Shown piece after piece: positions 43,588-53,113 of a stretch of 64,000 bases of DNA. The notes beneath the pieces are model-generated. The model was not told the DNA's origin, did not search any database, and saw only the letters and a list, made by a program, of their open reading frames with translations. Position 1 is the stretch's first letter. Every line of letters starts with the position of its first letter. This DNA is from Parachlamydiales bacterium (GTDB taxonomy: Bacteria > Chlamydiota > Chlamydiia > Chlamydiales > SM23-39), in the NCBI GenBank assembly GCA_016931275.1, contig JAFGFA010000028.1, positions 7,333-71,332 of the forward strand, read 5' to 3'. A program made the translations under genes and the position numbers.

Positions 43588-44484
43588 TTGATGAGCATTG
43601 CGATTTCTCCTTATAAGGAGGTCGGTTCCATTTCAGGAAATCATCTTCAAGCGATTGTGAACTACAGCCGAAGCGCCAAAGGTCTTTCGGAGTATGCGAA
43701 AGGTATTGTCGTTCTGTTCAGTTTACATGAGGTTTGGCCCGATATGTCGGAATGGGTTCCTCAGGCATACGAAATCTTGGGGAAGATGACCCAGCCTCTG
43801 AAAAGCACATTAAAATTTTTTAGCGTCGTTCATTTAGCAAATGCGATCTTGAAAGCCGCTTACGATGTTTTCCGTGGTGAATGGTATCAATGCTTTAAAG
43901 AAGATTTGTTAGAGGGCGTTTTACGGTGGGTTTCGGATGTAACGGTGTATGGAGCGGACCTTGGCATAGCAATATTCACTCATATCGTTTTTGGGTATGT
44001 CCGATGGTTTGGGTTAATCTATAAAACATATTCAGATATTCAGAATTTAGTACAGGTCTTTGCAGTTCTGCCTCAGCGCAGTGTTGGGAGCCGCATGATG
44101 GAGATCGCGAAGATTCTGACAAACCTGGCCCGTTCGGCAATCATTGCTGTTGGATTGGCCTGGGGCATTTCTTTACCTGTTTTAGGGGTCTCTTGGGCTG
44201 TTTTTGACTTTTCGATCAAAACGATTCATTGGTGGGCATCCTTTTTCTGTGGGATAGAGGATGAACGCAGAAAAATCGGTGAACAAGAATTGCAGCATAG
44301 AATTTATGATTGCGAAAAGCATCTTTTAGAGGCAAATCAAATTCTTCGTTCTATTAATTATCTTACGGATTTGGAGGAGAAGCAGAAGGAAATAGAAGGG
44401 ATTCGTAAAGAGCTGGATAGAACACAAAAACAATTGGATATTTTGCAAGGCAAAAGGTCTTCTATTTCAGTGCACACGAAATAG
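43588..44484 (+). CDS. Inc-like membrane/coiled-coil protein, paralog 2
   Basis: 298 aa (the ATG at 43591 is the probable start). It has the same architecture as paralog 1: hydrophobic VTVYGADLGIAIFTHIVFGYVRWFGLIY and AIIAVGLAWGISLPVLGVSWAVFDF, and a C-terminal coiled coil (LEEKQKEIEGIRKELDRTQKQLDILQ). Confidence 0.6.
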   Translation: MMSIAISPYKEVGSISGNHLQAIVNYSRSAKGLSEYAKGIVVLFSLHEVWPDMSEWVPQAYEILGKMTQPLKSTLKFFSVVHLANAILKAAYDVFRGEWYQCFKEDLLEGVLRWVSDVTVYGADLGIAIFTHIVFGYVRWFGLIYKTYSDIQNLVQVFAVLPQRSVGSRMMEIAKILTNLARSAIIAVGLAWGISLPVLGVSWAVFDFSIKTIHWWASFFCGIEDERRKIGEQELQHRIYDCEKHLLEANQILRSINYLTDLEEKQKEIEGIRKELDRTQKQLDILQGKRSSISVHTK

Positions 44485-44500
44485 TTAGGAAGTTGTTTGC

Positions 44501-44824
44501 ATGAATCGTGTCTTAGAAATAGGCTTTTTTGTGTTTCTTTCAGGATTAATAGGCGTAATATTTCTCATTTCTATAGTATCTCAGCACCAATCATCGAGAG
44601 TCTTTAATATAAAGGATTCTAAGGCCCCATTTTGGATTCATATTGACGGCGCTGTCCGATTTGCCGGGACTTACGAGTGTATGTCCAGTATGAGATTCGA
44701 AGAGGTTTTGCAACGAGCGTTACCATTGGATCAAGCAGATCTATCTTTTCTTCCCCTGCATCGGAAAATAGATCATTCTTTTTCTATTTATGTTCCCTAT
44801 AAAGAAAAATTTTCAGATCTGTGA
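44501..44824 (+). CDS. Membrane-anchored SLBB-domain protein, ComEA N-terminal-like, lacking the helix-hairpin-helix DNA-binding domain
   Basis: 107 aa with an N-terminal TM helix. FWIHIDGAVRFAGTYECMSSMRFEEVLQRALPLDQADLSFLPLHRKIDHSFSIYVPYK aligns by eye with B. subtilis ComEA IVIDIKGAVQHPGVYEMRTGDRVSQAIEKAGGTSEQADEAQVNLAEILQDGTVVYIPKK. Confidence 0.5.
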   Translation: MNRVLEIGFFVFLSGLIGVIFLISIVSQHQSSRVFNIKDSKAPFWIHIDGAVRFAGTYECMSSMRFEEVLQRALPLDQADLSFLPLHRKIDHSFSIYVPYKEKFSDL

Positions 44825-44848
44825 AATAGTTTCTCTTTAGAATTTTTC

Positions 44849-44877
44849 TTGTAGTCAAACGGTAATTGCCGTATAGT
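44849..44877 (+). promoter_or_regulatory. Candidate promoter of the ribosomal protein supercluster
   Basis: TTGTAG, a 17-nt spacer, then TATAGT, about 135 nt upstream of the rplC ATG. This would leave a ~125-nt leader. Confidence 0.45.
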
Positions 44878-45011
44878 ATTTTTCAAAATTGTTACTAATA
44901 TAAAGGTTGTCCAGGGATATTTCGTTGAGAGAAATTGCCCTATTTGATAACCTTTTGAAATTGTCCTACTTTAGATAGGCTTGCATATTAATTTTATTAA
45001 GGATTAGAGAT

Positions 45012-45641
45012 ATGTCTTTGCGACTTATTGGAAAAAAGAAAGGAATGACCAAAATTTTTGATGAAGAGGGGAATGCCGAGTCTTGTACGGTAATCTTTTT
45101 TGATCAAAATTTTGTAACGCAAATTAAAACAGAAACATTAGATGGATATTCTGCTATACAAATGGGAAGTATTGCAAAAAAACATCCAAAAAAACCGGAG
45201 AAAGGTCATTGTGCTAAGTCCAATGTGGCTCCATGTCGTGTTTTTATCGAATCGAAAGGGCTTGATGTTTCTCAATATACATTAGGTCAGAAAGTGGATA
45301 TTTCCCATTTTTCTGTCGGAGATTATGTAGATGTGACTGGCATTTCTAAGGGAAAAGGATATCAAGGAGTCATGAAATTACATGGTTTTTCCGGTATGCG
45401 TAAAAGTCATGGTGCGGGACCGACTCATCGACATGGGGGATCTACAGGGATGCGTACGACGCCAGGTCGTTGTTTTCCTGGAGGAAAAAGAGCCTCTCAT
45501 ATGGGTAGTGATACGGTTACGGTGCAAAATCTTTTAGTGATGTTAGTCGATCAGGAAAATCAGGCGCTGGTGATCAGAGGAGCCATTCCCGGAGCGAATG
45601 AAAGCGTTGTTTTTGTGACAAAAGCAGTGAAAAGGGGGTAA
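45012..45641 (+). CDS. rplC: 50S ribosomal protein L3
   Basis: 209 aa. LIGKKKGMTKIFDEEG and GKGYQGVMKLHGFSG are typical of L3. Confidence 0.95.
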   Translation: MSLRLIGKKKGMTKIFDEEGNAESCTVIFFDQNFVTQIKTETLDGYSAIQMGSIAKKHPKKPEKGHCAKSNVAPCRVFIESKGLDVSQYTLGQKVDISHFSVGDYVDVTGISKGKGYQGVMKLHGFSGMRKSHGAGPTHRHGGSTGMRTTPGRCFPGGKRASHMGSDTVTVQNLLVMLVDQENQALVIRGAIPGANESVVFVTKAVKRG

Positions 45642-45642
45642 T

Positions 45643-46302
45643 GTGGCTACGTTAAAGAAATATGATTATACGGGAAAAACGTTAAAAGAAGAAGTGTCTG
45701 TAGAGGATAGCTTGTTGAAAGAATCAGTGAATAAACAGGCTTTTAAACAGTATATGGTTGCGATACAGGCCAATGCTCGTCAATGGTCTGCCAATACCAA
45801 AGTGCGAAAAGAGGTAAAGGCGACAGGGAAAAAACCCCACAGACAAAAAGGAACAGGGTCTGCAAGACAGGGATGTTTTGCTGCACCGCAGTATCGGGGA
45901 GGGGGCGTTGTTTTTGGCCCTAGGACCAAATGGGATCAGCGGGTGAAAGTGAACAAAAAACATCGTTTAGGAGTAATTCAATACCTCTTATCACAAAAGA
46001 TTGCTGAACAGCATCTTCATGTGATGCAAGATAAGGAATTAGAAACTCCTAAGACAAAAGTAGTCGCAAATTTTTTGCAAAAATTAGATTTTTTGGGAAA
46101 AAGAATTTTATTTTTAGCTTCTCATGTATCTCCGGCATTTGTGCAGAGCATGAGAAATATTCCCAAAGTTGAATTTCAGCTTATTGGTAATGCCAGTGGC
46201 TATAGCCTTACGTTAGCTCAAGAAGTGATTGTTTTGGATAGCGCACTGGGCAATCTTAAAGAGATTTTAGGAAAGAACAATGAAAAAAAGAAATCCGTTT
46301 GA
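45643..46302 (+). CDS. rplD: 50S ribosomal protein L4
   Basis: 219 aa with a GTG start. KPHRQKGTGSARQG...GGGVVFGP is the L4 signature. Operon position supports the call. Confidence 0.93.
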   Translation: MATLKKYDYTGKTLKEEVSVEDSLLKESVNKQAFKQYMVAIQANARQWSANTKVRKEVKATGKKPHRQKGTGSARQGCFAAPQYRGGGVVFGPRTKWDQRVKVNKKHRLGVIQYLLSQKIAEQHLHVMQDKELETPKTKVVANFLQKLDFLGKRILFLASHVSPAFVQSMRNIPKVEFQLIGNASGYSLTLAQEVIVLDSALGNLKEILGKNNEKKKSV

Positions 46303-46618
46303 TATTATTAAAAGCCGTCGAATGACGGAAAAAACGAATATGTTGGCCAATTTGGCCGCGTCACAAAGCAATGCATGTGTCCGCAAGTGTACGACACCTA
46401 AGGTTGTTTTCTTAGTGAATGTGCATGCAAACAAAAAAGAAATAGCATGGGCTATTGAAGAAATTTACAAAGACCGAAAAATAAAAGTGAAAAAAGTGAA
46501 TACGATACTTGTGAAGCCTAAGGAAAGAAGAGTTCGGGGACATTTAGGAATGACAAAAATGATCAAGAAAGCCATTGTTTCTCTCCAAGCGGGCGATAGT
46601 ATTGAAGAGGCGGTGTAA
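46280..46618 (+). CDS. rplW: 50S ribosomal protein L23
   Basis: 112 aa with the [12 protein letters not shown]-terminus typical of L23. Operon position supports the call. Confidence 0.9.
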   Translation: MKKRNPFDIIKSRRMTEKTNMLANLAASQSNACVRKCTTPKVVFLVNVHANKKEIAWAIEEIYKDRKIKVKKVNTILVKPKERRVRGHLGMTKMIKKAIVSLQAGDSIEEAV

Positions 46619-46622
46619 AAAT

Positions 46623-47444
46623 ATGAAAAAATTTCGACCGGTTACTCCATCTCAACGTGAGTTGGTTTTATCTTCTTTTGATGGGTTGTATCCTTTAAAA
46701 AAAGGTCCTAAGAAATCTCTTACGCGAAAGATAAAATCTCATAGTGGACGAAATCATCATGGACATATTACCTGTAGGCATAAAGGTGGGGGGCATAAAA
46801 GAATTTTTCGTGAGATCGATATGCGTCGGGATAAAGAAAATGTGCCTGCAAAAATTGTTTCTGTAGAGTATGATCCTTATCGATCCGGTTATATAGCCCT
46901 TTTGCATTATGCAGATGGAGATAAAAGATATATTTTAGCTCCGCAGGGAATTAAGATCGGGGATATGGTTATGACGAAGGATGCTCCTCCATATCATGTG
47001 GGAAACTGCATGCGCCTGAAAAGCATGCCATTGGGAACGGTCATTCATAATATCGAATTGCGTCCCGGTAAAGGCGGAAAATTGGTGCGTTCTGCTGGAT
47101 TGTCCGCACAGCTTGTGGCCATAGAAGAAGGAATGGCGGTTATACAACTACCGTCTAAGGAAGTTCGTCGTGTTGATGCGGATTGCCGTGCTACTATAGG
47201 CAGCGTATCGAATCCGGAACATAATTTACGTGTTGAAGGAAAAGCCGGTCGTAGACGTTGGCAAGGGGTTCGGCCTACGGTACGGGGAACTGCGATGAAC
47301 CCTGTGGATCATCCTCACGGAGGTGGTGAAGGTAAGAGCAAGGGAAATCATCCTCAGTCGCCATGGGGGCAGTATGCGAAAGGATACCGTACGCGTTCTA
47401 AGAAAAAGAGTCGAAAGTGGATTGTTCAAGAGAGGAGAAAATAG
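46623..47444 (+). CDS. rplB: 50S ribosomal protein L2
   Basis: The ATG at 46623 ([12 protein letters not shown]) is preferred over the longer track ORF starting at 46575. [19 protein letters not shown] and HPHGGGEGK are L2 motifs. Confidence 0.95.
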   Translation: MKKFRPVTPSQRELVLSSFDGLYPLKKGPKKSLTRKIKSHSGRNHHGHITCRHKGGGHKRIFREIDMRRDKENVPAKIVSVEYDPYRSGYIALLHYADGDKRYILAPQGIKIGDMVMTKDAPPYHVGNCMRLKSMPLGTVIHNIELRPGKGGKLVRSAGLSAQLVAIEEGMAVIQLPSKEVRRVDADCRATIGSVSNPEHNLRVEGKAGRRRWQGVRPTVRGTAMNPVDHPHGGGEGKSKGNHPQSPWGQYAKGYRTRSKKKSRKWIVQERRK

Positions 47445-47447
47445 AAT

Positions 47448-47705
47448 ATGGGAAGATCGTTACGTAAAGGTCCCTTTGTAGATCATCATCTGATCGAGAA
47501 AATACAAAAGATGGAAGGGAAGAAAAAACCTATAAAAACATGGTCTCGACGTTCTATGATTATTCCGGAAATGGTTGGGTATACATTTGAGGTCCATAAC
47601 GGAAAGAAGTTTATTCCGGTTTTTGTGTCGGAAAATATGGTGGGCCATCGTCTTGGAGAATTTTCCCATACGAGAACATTTAAATCACATCCTGTGAAGA
47701 GCTAG
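47448..47705 (+). CDS. rpsS: 30S ribosomal protein S19
   Basis: 85 aa with [15 protein letters not shown] and GHRLGEF motifs. Confidence 0.95.
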   Translation: MGRSLRKGPFVDHHLIEKIQKMEGKKKPIKTWSRRSMIIPEMVGYTFEVHNGKKFIPVFVSENMVGHRLGEFSHTRTFKSHPVKS

Positions 47706-47717
47706 AGGAAGTAAGAT

Positions 47718-48053
47718 ATGCGTTATGCAAAAGCGATAACAAAATTTATTCGTATTAGTCCCAAAAGGGCACGATTTACTGCGGACATTATTCGTGGTTT
47801 AACTGCGCAAGAAGCAAAGATGCAACTTCAATTTTGCCGGAATAAAACGGCGCGCCATTTAGCTAAGACGTTAAATAGTGCTATAGCGAATGCGCAGACG
47901 CAACTTGATGTTAAGGAAGAAGATTTGAGGATTCATGAAGTTCATATCGATGAAGGGCCGCGATTAAAGCGTGCCAAATCGAGAAGTAAGGGAGGAAGAT
48001 CTCCTATTTTAAAAAGAATGAGTCATTTTACTATAGTTTTAGCGAGCAAATAG
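47718..48053 (+). CDS. rplV: 50S ribosomal protein L22
   Basis: 111 aa with an L22-like N-terminus (AKAITKFIRISPKRARFTADIIRG). Operon position supports the call. Confidence 0.93.
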   Translation: MRYAKAITKFIRISPKRARFTADIIRGLTAQEAKMQLQFCRNKTARHLAKTLNSAIANAQTQLDVKEEDLRIHEVHIDEGPRLKRAKSRSKGGRSPILKRMSHFTIVLASK

Positions 48054-48063
48054 AGGTAGTTAG

Positions 48064-48702
48064 ATGGGACAGAAAGGATCACCAGTTGCATTTAGGATGT
48101 CACTTAGGAAGAAGTGGTTGTCGAATTGGTATGCCAGTAAAGATGAATTTGGAAATCTCTTAGATGAGGATAGAAAGATACGTGCTTTTTTAATGACTAA
48201 GCCTGCATGTGTAGGAGCTTCTAAAATAACAATTAAGCGAATGAGCGGAAAGATTGAAGTGACGATTCATACGGCACGACCTGGCTTAGTGATCGGAAAA
48301 AAGGGATCGGAAATTGAGGACTTAAAAAAGGAATTAAAAAAGTTTTCAGGAACGGATATTTGGATTGAAGTAGAAGAGATTAAACGACCGGATTTAGATG
48401 CACAGCTTGTTGCTAATTCTATTGCTAAGCAATTAGAGAGAAGAATGCCTTATCGCCGAATTTTAAAAAAGGCGATTCAGTCAGCTATAGATGCAGGAGC
48501 TTTAGGCATAAAAGTACAGGTTTCTGGACGAATTGGCGGGGCTGAAATTGCCCGAACAGAGTGGTATAAAGAAGGAAAAGTTCCTTTGCATACTTTGCGT
48601 GCAAATATTGATTATGCGATGGGACGTGCTGAAACTACCTTTGGTTCTATAGGAGTAAAGGTATGGATCAATCATGGCGAAGAAGTAGCGCAAAGCGCTT
48701 AA
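48064..48702 (+). CDS. rpsC: 30S ribosomal protein S3
   Basis: 212 aa with MGQKGSPVAFR, a KH domain (RPGLVIGKKGSEIE) and GRIGGAEIAR. Confidence 0.95.
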   Translation: MGQKGSPVAFRMSLRKKWLSNWYASKDEFGNLLDEDRKIRAFLMTKPACVGASKITIKRMSGKIEVTIHTARPGLVIGKKGSEIEDLKKELKKFSGTDIWIEVEEIKRPDLDAQLVANSIAKQLERRMPYRRILKKAIQSAIDAGALGIKVQVSGRIGGAEIARTEWYKEGKVPLHTLRANIDYAMGRAETTFGSIGVKVWINHGEEVAQSA

Positions 48703-48723
48703 GGGTAAAAAGAGGGTAAGACA

Positions 48724-49143
48724 ATGTTAATGCCATCGAAAACAAAGTATCGAAAACAACAAAAAGGACATTTTTCTGGAGTTGCTACGGCAGGAGTTTT
48801 TGTTGAGTTTGGTGAATATGGAATGCAGGCTTTAGAGCGCGGTTGGATAACTTCGCAACAAATTGAGGCATGTCGTGTAACGATCAATCGTTTTTTTGCG
48901 CGAAAAGGAAAAGTATGGATTAGGATATTTCCTGACAAGCCTGTGACAAAAAAGCCGGCGGAAACCAGAATGGGAAAGGGAAAAGGAGCGCCTACTGGAT
49001 GGGTCGCTGTGATACGTCCTGGTAGAGTATTGTTTGAAGTTGGAGGCATCTCTAGGGAGGAGGCTCAAAAATCTCTTCGTTTAGCGGCTGCAAAATTACC
49101 GATTCGAACACGGTTTGTAGAGAGAGTAGAAAGGGTGAGCTAA
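48724..49143 (+). CDS. rplP: 50S ribosomal protein L16
   Basis: 139 aa with [15 protein letters not shown] and RMGKGKGAP motifs. Confidence 0.95.
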   Translation: MLMPSKTKYRKQQKGHFSGVATAGVFVEFGEYGMQALERGWITSQQIEACRVTINRFFARKGKVWIRIFPDKPVTKKPAETRMGKGKGAPTGWVAVIRPGRVLFEVGGISREEAQKSLRLAAAKLPIRTRFVERVERVS

Positions 49144-49361
49144 TGAAAAAATTACAAGAGATCAGAGAGTTGTCAGATCAACAACTTTCCAATAAGCTGG
49201 ACGATTTAGATAAAGAAATATTTGCTTTAAGAAATGCTTTGGCGACGGCTCATAAATTGGAGCAGCCGCATTTGATAAGAGAAAAGAAAAAAACTAAAGC
49301 TAGAATTTTAACGATATTGACCCAAAGAGCTAAAGAAGGAGGAGTCCGCCATGAGAAATGA
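49143..49361 (+). CDS. rpmC: 50S ribosomal protein L29
   Basis: 72 aa, helical, with L29-like LRELSDQQLSNKLDDLDKEIFALR. Operon position supports the call. Confidence 0.9.
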   Translation: MKKLQEIRELSDQQLSNKLDDLDKEIFALRNALATAHKLEQPHLIREKKKTKARILTILTQRAKEGGVRHEK

Positions 49362-49602
49362 AAGACGCGTTATTGAAGGAGTAGTCTTGAAGGCTAAAAT
49401 GGACAAGACTGTGGTTGTGAGTGTAACAAGACAGATCCGACATCCTCTTTATGGGAAGCTGATTCAAGCGAGAAAAAAATATTTTGCCCACACGGTGGAT
49501 AGTTCCCTCAAAGAAGGGGATCGTGTAAGGATCGCGGAATGTCGTCCTTTGTCCAAATGTAAACGATTTAGAGTTGTAGAAGTAATGAGAGAGCAGCCAT
49601 GA
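49351..49602 (+). CDS. rpsQ: 30S ribosomal protein S17
   Basis: 83 aa with [16 protein letters not shown]...HPLYGK...YFAH motifs. Confidence 0.93.
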   Translation: MRNERRVIEGVVLKAKMDKTVVVSVTRQIRHPLYGKLIQARKKYFAHTVDSSLKEGDRVRIAECRPLSKCKRFRVVEVMREQP

Positions 49603-49964
49603 TTCAACAGGAAACTAACTTAGTAGTTGCAGACAATACAGGAGCTCGTCGGGTTCGATGTTTTAAAGTTCTCGGCGGAAGTAAACGACGATATGCAAGC
49701 ATAGGAGACGTGATTGTCGCTTCTGTAAAGGACGCGGATCCTCGGGGAAAAGTTAAGAAAGGGGAAGTTATAAAAGCCGTTATTGTACGGACGAAAGCTT
49801 CTATTCGTCGAGCAAACGGCTATGTTCGATTTAATGATGATGCATGTGTGATTATCGATGATAAGCAAAATCCTCATGGGACTCGTATATTTGGTCCTGT
49901 AGCTCGAGAGATAAGAGATAAAGGATATATAAAAATTTGTTCACTAGCACCCGAGGTTATATGA
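49599..49964 (+). CDS. rplN: 50S ribosomal protein L14
   Basis: 121 aa with [17 protein letters not shown] and [10 protein letters not shown] motifs. Confidence 0.95.
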   Translation: MIQQETNLVVADNTGARRVRCFKVLGGSKRRYASIGDVIVASVKDADPRGKVKKGEVIKAVIVRTKASIRRANGYVRFNDDACVIIDDKQNPHGTRIFGPVAREIRDKGYIKICSLAPEVI

Positions 49965-50293
49965 GTAAATGGATACGAAAAGACGATTATGTTCAGGTTA
50001 TTACTGGTAATGACAAGGGGAAAATTGGTGTGGTGTTAATGCGCCAAAAAAATCGTGTTGTGGTGCAGGGGATTAATATTCGAAAAAAGCATCTTAAAAG
50101 AACGCAGCAAGAGCAAAAACAGCAGATTATTGAAGTGGAACGTTCTATTGATATTTCGAACGTACGCCTGTGCAATCAGGAAGGGAAGCCTCTTTATGTG
50201 AAAAAAGAGGTCTCGAAGACCAAAAAAGATCTCGTCTATCGTGATGGAGGAAAAAAAACGGTCTATCGAAATTTAAAAAAAATAGGTAAATAA
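49961..50293 (+). CDS. rplX: 50S ribosomal protein L24
   Basis: The ATG at 49961 ([24 protein letters not shown] motif) gives an ATGA overlap with rplN. The track ORF starts upstream at 49937. Confidence 0.92.
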   Translation: MSKWIRKDDYVQVITGNDKGKIGVVLMRQKNRVVVQGINIRKKHLKRTQQEQKQQIIEVERSIDISNVRLCNQEGKPLYVKKEVSKTKKDLVYRDGGKKTVYRNLKKIGK

Positions 50294-50296
50294 ATC

Positions 50297-50836
50297 ATGT
50301 CAAGACTGTACAAAAAATATAAGGAAGAGATTCGTCCGGCGCTTAAAAAGAAATATCCCGATCGTAATGTGCAACAAATTCCTGTTTTGAAAAAAATTGT
50401 GATTTCTATGGGGCTTTCTGAAGCGGGACGGGAGAAAAATGCGATCCAAGAGCACGTGAAGGAACTGGCTTTATTGGCAGGGCAAAAACCGGTGATTACT
50501 TGTGCTAAAAAAGCGATTTCAAATTTTAAATTACGAGAAGGCTTTCCTGTTGGATTAAAAGTTACTTTGCGCAAAAAACGGATGTATGATTTTTTTGATC
50601 GTTTTTGTAATATAGTAACTCCAAGGATACGAGACTTTCGTGGTTTTAAGACGAAAGGGGATAAAATGGGCTCTTATAGTTTAGGTGTGGAAGATCAGCA
50701 AATATTTCCTGAAATGAACCTCGATGAAGTGAAACGCACTCAGGGGATGAATATTAATTTTGTAACGACCGCTTCTACTAATGAAGAGTGTATAGAACTT
50801 TTACAAATGATGGGATTTCCATTTAAACAAGGATAA
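50297..50836 (+). CDS. rplE: 50S ribosomal protein L5
   Basis: 179 aa. L5-like motifs ([20 protein letters not shown]). Operon position supports the call. Confidence 0.95.
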   Translation: MSRLYKKYKEEIRPALKKKYPDRNVQQIPVLKKIVISMGLSEAGREKNAIQEHVKELALLAGQKPVITCAKKAISNFKLREGFPVGLKVTLRKKRMYDFFDRFCNIVTPRIRDFRGFKTKGDKMGSYSLGVEDQQIFPEMNLDEVKRTQGMNINFVTTASTNEECIELLQMMGFPFKQG

Positions 50837-50839
50837 ATC

Positions 50840-51232
50840 ATGGCTTTTAATGATCCTATAGCAGAATTGTTAACAAAAATACGCAATGCGACTAGAGCAC
50901 AACATCGTTATGTCGATGTCTCTTTAAGCAAGATGAAATTGGAAATAATAAAAATTTTACAACAAAGAGGCTTTATTGCTCATTATTTAGAAAGTAGCGA
51001 ACGGAAAAAAATTCGTGTGTTTTTTAAATATTTACCGGATCGATCTTGCGTTATACATGGTGTGAAAAGAGTTTCAAAGCCGGGGTTACGACGATATGTC
51101 GGTTACTCAAACCTTCCCAAGATATATGGAGGAATCGGGAATGCGATTGTCTCTACGTCTAAAGGAATTATGGTTGATGAAGAAGCAAAAAGACAGAAGG
51201 TAGGAGGAGAACTCCTATGTTATATTTGGTAG
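50840..51232 (+). CDS. rpsH: 30S ribosomal protein S8
   Basis: 130 aa with DPIAELLTKIRNA and GGELLCYIW motifs. There is no rpsN between rplE and rpsH. Confidence 0.95.
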   Translation: MAFNDPIAELLTKIRNATRAQHRYVDVSLSKMKLEIIKILQQRGFIAHYLESSERKKIRVFFKYLPDRSCVIHGVKRVSKPGLRRYVGYSNLPKIYGGIGNAIVSTSKGIMVDEEAKRQKVGGELLCYIW

Positions 51233-51249
51233 CGAGAGGATAGAAAAAG

Positions 51250-51792
51250 ATGTCAAAGATAGGAAATTCTCCGATAAAGGTGCCCAAAGGGGTAGAAGTA
51301 AAAGTACATTCTGGTGAGGTTCGGATTAAAGGACCAAAAGGGGAGCTGACGCTTCAAGTTCCTATGGGAATAATCATTACTCCCGATGGGGAAAAAGTTG
51401 GGGTTGGCGTAAAAGAAAAAGGATCGGTAAATGGTGCTACTCATGGATTATATCGTGCGTTAGTGAATAATATGATTCTAGGGACAAGCAGTGGATTTGA
51501 AAAGACTTTACAACTGGTGGGGGTAGGATTTCGGGCAGCAATGAAAGGAAAGCAACTGGAATTGCAGCTTGGTTTTTCCCATCCTGTTTTATTAGATGTT
51601 CCTGCGGGACTTCAGGTCAAAATCGATCAGTCGACGATGATTACCATTTCCGGCATGGATAAACAGTTAGTAGGACAATTTGCCGCCATTGTGCGCCAGG
51701 TACGGCCTCCGGAACCTTATAAGGGAAAAGGGGTTCGCTATGTGAATGAATATGTGCGTAAAAAAGCAGGAAAAGCAGCAAAGGGTAAATAA
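51250..51792 (+). CDS. rplF: 50S ribosomal protein L6
   Basis: 180 aa with MSKIGNSPIKVPKGVEV and PEPYKGKGVRY motifs. Confidence 0.95.
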   Translation: MSKIGNSPIKVPKGVEVKVHSGEVRIKGPKGELTLQVPMGIIITPDGEKVGVGVKEKGSVNGATHGLYRALVNNMILGTSSGFEKTLQLVGVGFRAAMKGKQLELQLGFSHPVLLDVPAGLQVKIDQSTMITISGMDKQLVGQFAAIVRQVRPPEPYKGKGVRYVNEYVRKKAGKAAKGK

Positions 51793-51797
51793 AGCAT

Positions 51798-52169
51798 ATG
51801 GATAATACTCTCAAAAGAAAGAAGCTATCACGGCATCGAAGAATGTTGCGTGTGCGAAAGAATTTAAAAGGAAAAAGCGATAAGCCTCGATTGAGCATTT
51901 ATAAAAGTGGACGCCATTTATATGCCCAATTGATTGATGATGAAAAAGGAAAGACTTTAGTGGGACTTGGTACTTTGTCGAAATCTTTGCAGAACACGGA
52001 ATTTAATAAAAAATCTAAGGATTCTGCTCGTCATATAGGGGAACAGATAGCAAAATTGGCGCAAAATCAGAATGTTAAAAAAGTAGTGTTTGACCGGGGT
52101 ATTTACAAATATCATGGTATCGTAGCGGAATTTGCAGATGCTGCGAGAAAAGGTGGATTGGAATTTTAA
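51798..52169 (+). CDS. rplR: 50S ribosomal protein L18
   Basis: 123 aa with PRLSIYKSGRHLYAQLIDD and FDRGIYKYHGIVAEFADAARKGGLEF motifs. Confidence 0.95.
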   Translation: MDNTLKRKKLSRHRRMLRVRKNLKGKSDKPRLSIYKSGRHLYAQLIDDEKGKTLVGLGTLSKSLQNTEFNKKSKDSARHIGEQIAKLAQNQNVKKVVFDRGIYKYHGIVAEFADAARKGGLEF

Positions 52170-52181
52170 GTTGAGGAAAAA

Positions 52182-52664
52182 ATGGCAAAAGAAGAATTTT
52201 CTGGCGAGTTTGAAGAAAAAGTATTGTTTATCAACCGGTGTTCTAAAGTAGTAAAAGGGGGAAGAAAATTTAGTTTTTCTGCTCTGATTATTGTTGGAGA
52301 CCATAATGGAAAAATTGGATATGGTTTTGCAAAGGCCAATGAAGTGGTCGATGCGATCCGTAAAGGAACTGATGCTGCCAAGAAAAATATTTTTTCGTTT
52401 GAAATGTCAGGAACGACGATCCCTCATGAAATTATTGTAAGTCATGATGGGGCAAAGCTTCTTTTAAAACCTGCTGGGGAAGGAACCGGTGTGGTAGCCG
52501 GCTCTAAAATACGAAGTGTTTTGGAGCTAGCGGGGGTAAAAGATGTTGTAGGGAAAAGTCTTGGTTCGAATAATCCTATTAATCAGACACGAGCTACGAT
52601 AAAGGCCTTGCGACAACTTCGTTCTCCTAAAAAATGTTTAGAAGTACGAGGAGTGACGTTATGA
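52182..52664 (+). CDS. rpsE: 30S ribosomal protein S5
   Basis: 160 aa with [24 protein letters not shown] and GTGVVAG motifs. Confidence 0.95.
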   Translation: MAKEEFSGEFEEKVLFINRCSKVVKGGRKFSFSALIIVGDHNGKIGYGFAKANEVVDAIRKGTDAAKKNIFSFEMSGTTIPHEIIVSHDGAKLLLKPAGEGTGVVAGSKIRSVLELAGVKDVVGKSLGSNNPINQTRATIKALRQLRSPKKCLEVRGVTL

Positions 52665-53113
52665 AATTATCTGCATTACATGGTGGAGATCGAAAAAAGA
52701 AAAAGAGAGTTGGTCGAGGGCCTGGTTCTGGGTTGGGTAAAACTGCGGGACGTGGCCATAAAGGGTTTGGTTCTCGTTCAGGAAAACGAAAATATGATGG
52801 ATATGAAGGAGGACAATTTCCTCTTTTTAGAAAAGTGCCGCATCGTGGCTTTACTAGGGGACATTTTTATAATCCCTATTTTGTTGTGAATTTTGATATG
52901 ATCAATAGAATTTATCATGACGGTGATGTTGTTAGTGTAGAAACCTTAAAAGAAAAGGGAAGAATCCCGAAGGTTCATACGGGAGGAATCAAAATTTTAT
53001 CAAGAGGAACTCTTGAGAAAAAGGTGCGTATTGAAGCTCAAGCGTATTCTGCTAGTGCTAAGAAGTCCTTAGATGAGAAGAAAGTTGAGTATAAAGTGAT
53101 AGGAAAAGAATGA
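52661..53113 (+). CDS. rplO: 50S ribosomal protein L15
   Basis: The ATG at 52661 (MKLSALH...[20 protein letters not shown]) gives an ATGA overlap with rpsE. There is no rpmD (L30) between them. Confidence 0.93.
   Translation: MKLSALHGGDRKKKKRVGRGPGSGLGKTAGRGHKGFGSRSGKRKYDGYEGGQFPLFRKVPHRGFTRGHFYNPYFVVNFDMINRIYHDGDVVSVETLKEKGRIPKVHTGGIKILSRGTLEKKVRIEAQAYSASAKKSLDEKKVEYKVIGKE

Noticed and set aside
48699-49049. 116-aa minus-strand ORF. Similar long antisense or out-of-frame ORFs occur at 56040-56462, 16094-16513, 26480-26842, 24114-24458 and 42781-43137
   Set aside because: All are embedded in genes with unambiguous family motifs (rplP, rpoA, the autotransporter, dnaE, PFOR, Inc-like paralog 1). 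Their sequences are low-complexity or hydrophobic with no motifs. I treat them as frame artefacts.
52680-52889. Alternative-frame 69-aa ORF inside rplO, and a 97-aa ORF at 54564-54857 inside rpsM
   Set aside because: These are same-strand out-of-frame ORFs within highly conserved ribosomal protein genes. Their basic, low-complexity translations are typical of frame-shifted Lys/Arg-rich coding sequence.
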